Source: an uncultured Thermodesulfobacteriota bacterium (GTDB taxonomy: Bacteria > Desulfobacterota > GWC2-55-46 > JADFVP01). Taken from it: a stretch of DNA of 64,000 bases. Location: NCBI GenBank assembly GCA_964407495.1, contig CAYOVP010000004.1, positions 329 to 64,328 of the forward strand, written 5' to 3'. Below are positions 62,043 through 64,000 of the stretch, piece by piece. Each line of letters begins with the position of its first letter. Position 1 is the stretch's first letter. The notes under the pieces are model-generated. The model made no database searches, was not told the origin of the DNA, and saw only the letters and a list, made by a program, of their open reading frames with translations. A program made the position numbers and the translations under genes.

Positions 62043-64000
62043 CTACTTCGAGAACCCGTTCTCAACGAGCCTCCATGACCTCATGGGCGCGCTGCCAGCA
62101 GTTACAGGCCCGAGGGCCGTAACATCGAAAGCAGAGTGCGCCTCGTCAACTATGACATGATAGGTGGGAAGAAGATAGGCGCCTACGAAGACGTTTAAGG
62201 TGTATGCTCCGAGGGGCGCACCGGCTGGCACACCATGGGTAAGATGCACTGCCTGAGAAGCCCCCGGCGCCAGGCAGAGATCCACCGGCCCGAAGAGCGC
62301 GCTGCTCGGCGGATAGGTGGAACCACCGGGCAGGGTCACATCCTCCCAGTACTGGAAACACTGCTGAGTAGTCGTGGTGTTCAAAGCCGTCACCTGGTAC
62401 CCGAATGTCGAGCCGGCTACCACGGATGCAGCGTCCGGTACGACCGCGATAGTCACCACAGGCAGAGGCGCATCGCTAATCTTGAACACAAAGGAATCGG
62501 CAACACCGTTCAGGGCGGCCTGTACCTCGTTAACGATCGGAAAATCCGCTGACTCGGTATACCCCGTCACGTATGCGCCTCCGGCGCTGTCCAGGGCAAG
62601 GCCAGATGCCTGTTCGGTCTGGGCCCCGCCATGAAAGGTGGAAAAGAGAAGGGAAGAAGCAGAGGCGTCCATCTTGGCCACAAAGACGTCGTCCAGGCCA
62701 CCAAAGGTGCCCTGTACGGGGTTGACGGTGGGAAAATCGGCCGAAGAGGTATAGCCGGCTACAGTGGCCACGCCAGAGGCATCCACTGCTACAGCGCTGG
62801 CGCCGTCAGAGGTGGTCCCTCCGAGATAGGTCGAGAAGAGGAGGGATGACGTCGTGGTGTCTATCTTCGAGACAAAGGCGTCGTACCACCCTGCGTTGGC
62901 GGCCTGGATGGGGTTCACGACGGGGAAATCGGTCGATGAGGTCGAACCTGCGACATAGAGCATACCAGCACTGTCCAGGGCCAGTCCCGGTGCGTCGTCA
63001 CCGCCGCTTCCGCCGAGAAAGGTGGAGAAGAGGAGCGTTGAGCCCGTGGGGTCTATCTTGGCCACAAAGGCATCGGACCATGAGCCGCCAAAGAGCGACT
63101 GAATGGGGTTCACGAGGGGAAAGTCCGGCGAGGACGTGTACCCGCTCAGATAGACCGTGCCAGTAGAGTCAACGACAATGCCCTCACCATTATCACTGTC
63201 AACTCCACCGAGGTACGTGGAGTACACGAGGGAAGAACCAGAGGGGTCTATCTTTGTTACAAAGACGTCGTCAACACCGCCGAAGGCGCCCTGAAGGGGG
63301 TTCATGAGCGGAAAGTCAGGCGACGACGTATACCCCGTGACATAGGCCGCGCCCGTAGAGTCGACGGCTATGGCATAGACGTCATCAACATCGAAACCGC
63401 CGAGGTAGGTAGAGTACACTATGGACGAGCCCGTTGGGTCTATCTTGGCCACAAATCCGTCATAGGACCCGCCCATCGTTCCCTGTACGGGCCCTACGAG
63501 GGGAAAGTCGGGCGAAAAGGTCTGCCCCGCGATATAGACGGCGCCAGCAGAGTCGAGGGCTAAGGAAGAGGCGTAATCAAAGTCCGAACCACCGAAATAA
63601 GTGGAGTAGACGACGAAGGTGCCCGTTGGGTCTATCTTGGTGACAAAGGCGTCGGAAAGTCCTCCATAAACACCCTGTATGGGGTTGGAGACCGGAAAAT
63701 CGGATGAATTGGTCTGCCCGGCGATATAGACCGCGCCGGTAGAGTCGACGGCTATGGCGTTACCATAATCGGTGATGCTGCCGCCGAGATATGTGGAGTA
63801 CTCGAGCAGAGGGTCTATTACGAGGTCTTTCGTGCGGTCGTAGGCAGCCACGTCAAAGCCGTAGACAAAGGCCCCGTCCATCTTGCCAATGAGCCTGTAA
63901 CCGCCCTCTACCACGACTCTCTTTCCGTCTATTTCCTGGTACATGACCGGCCTCTCTTCGATGACCCTGCCTTGTCCCAGGCTGATCTCCATCTCGCCCT
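62043..64000 (-). CDS. SBBP (beta-propeller) repeat surface protein. The N-terminus probably lies beyond the right window edge.
   Basis: At least 9 tandem roughly 50-aa repeats of the form YSTYLGGsxxDxgxxiAVDSTGxvYvtGyTsSxDFPxvNPiQ. The listed Met at 63992 is 8 nt from the window end, so the ORF may continue. Confidence 0.7.
   Translation of the reverse strand, partial: GEMEISLGQGRVIEERPVMYQEIDGKRVVVEGGYRLIGKMDGAFVYGFDVAAYDRTKDLVIDPLLEYSTYLGGSITDYGNAIAVDSTGAVYIAGQTNSSDFPVSNPIQGVYGGLSDAFVTKIDPTGTFVVYSTYFGGSDFDYASSLALDSAGAVYIAGQTFSPDFPLVGPVQGTMGGSYDGFVAKIDPTGSSIVYSTYLGGFDVDDVYAIAVDSTGAAYVTGYTSSPDFPLMNPLQGAFGGVDDVFVTKIDPSGSSLVYSTYLGGVDSDNGEGIVVDSTGTVYLSGYTSSPDFPLVNPIQSLFGGSWSDAFVAKIDPTGSTLLFSTFLGGSGGDDAPGLALDSAGMLYVAGSTSSTDFPVVNPIQAANAGWYDAFVSKIDTTTSSLLFSTYLGGTTSDGASAVAVDASGVATVAGYTSSADFPTVNPVQGTFGGLDDVFVAKMDASASSLLFSTFHGGAQTEQASGLALDSAGGAYVTGYTESADFPIVNEVQAALNGVADSFVFKISDAPLPVVTIAVVPDAASVVAGSTFGYQVTALNTTTTQQCFQYWEDVTLPGGSTYPPSSALFGPVDLCLAPGASQAVHLTHGVPAGAPLGAYTLNVFVGAYLLPTYHVIVDEAHSAFDVTALGPVTAGSAPMRSWRLVENGFSK

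Noticed and set aside
1-64000. Mobile elements, CRISPR arrays, tRNA or rRNA genes
   Set aside because: No transposase or integrase-like ORFs, no terminal inverted repeats or regularly spaced repeat arrays, and no cloverleaf or rRNA-like segments were seen. The only repeats are the 42-bp coding duplication and the homopolymer tracts.

Overview
High-GC (about 58-60%) bacterial chromosomal segment. The AGG/AGA/ATA-rich codon usage with TPR and SBBP-repeat proteins suggests a deltaproteobacterium- or Nitrospirota-like anaerobe, but this is low confidence. The window is a cell-envelope accessory island with three co-oriented blocks.

(1) 1-10994, minus strand: an apparently complete type II secretion (Gsp) operon in the order gspG-H-I-J-K-L-M-C-D-E-F. 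gspF runs off the left edge and is missing from the ORF track for that reason.

(2) 11007-43213, minus strand: a long array for surface glycan synthesis and decoration. It holds sulfate adenylyltransferase CysDN, three paralogous alkaline-phosphatase-superfamily (NPP-type) enzymes, a secreted S8 subtilase, an O-antigen-ligase/Wzy-like protein, a secreted hydrolase-like protein, many GT2/GT4/GT9 glycosyltransferases (one disrupted at an A9 tract), a GNAT/FemAB-like protein, a PIG-L deacetylase, a Wzx flippase, Wzz, a carbamoyltransferase, Wza, and a nucleotidyltransferase fused to a phosphoglycosyl transferase. A LuxR-family regulator (43543-44151) sits just downstream of this array at the divergent junction.

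(3) 44437-61786, plus strand: an ABC-transporter-dependent polysaccharide module. It contains a methyltransferase, a TPR-tailed GT-C enzyme, Wzm and Wzt (with a C-terminal carbohydrate-binding domain), a WbdD-like methyltransferase with a coiled coil carrying a perfect 42-bp tandem duplication, large GT4 enzymes carrying a recurrent uncharacterised beta-rich module, a GT4 fused to a sulfatase-family domain with Thr in place of the formylglycine Cys, and a DPM1/GtrB-like GT2 paired with a YfhO-like GT-C.

The window ends with a convergent SBBP beta-propeller-repeat protein behind bidirectional intrinsic terminators. No mobile elements, tRNA or rRNA genes, or CRISPR arrays were found. Nearly all remaining long ORFs in the track are antisense shadow ORFs typical of high-GC DNA.
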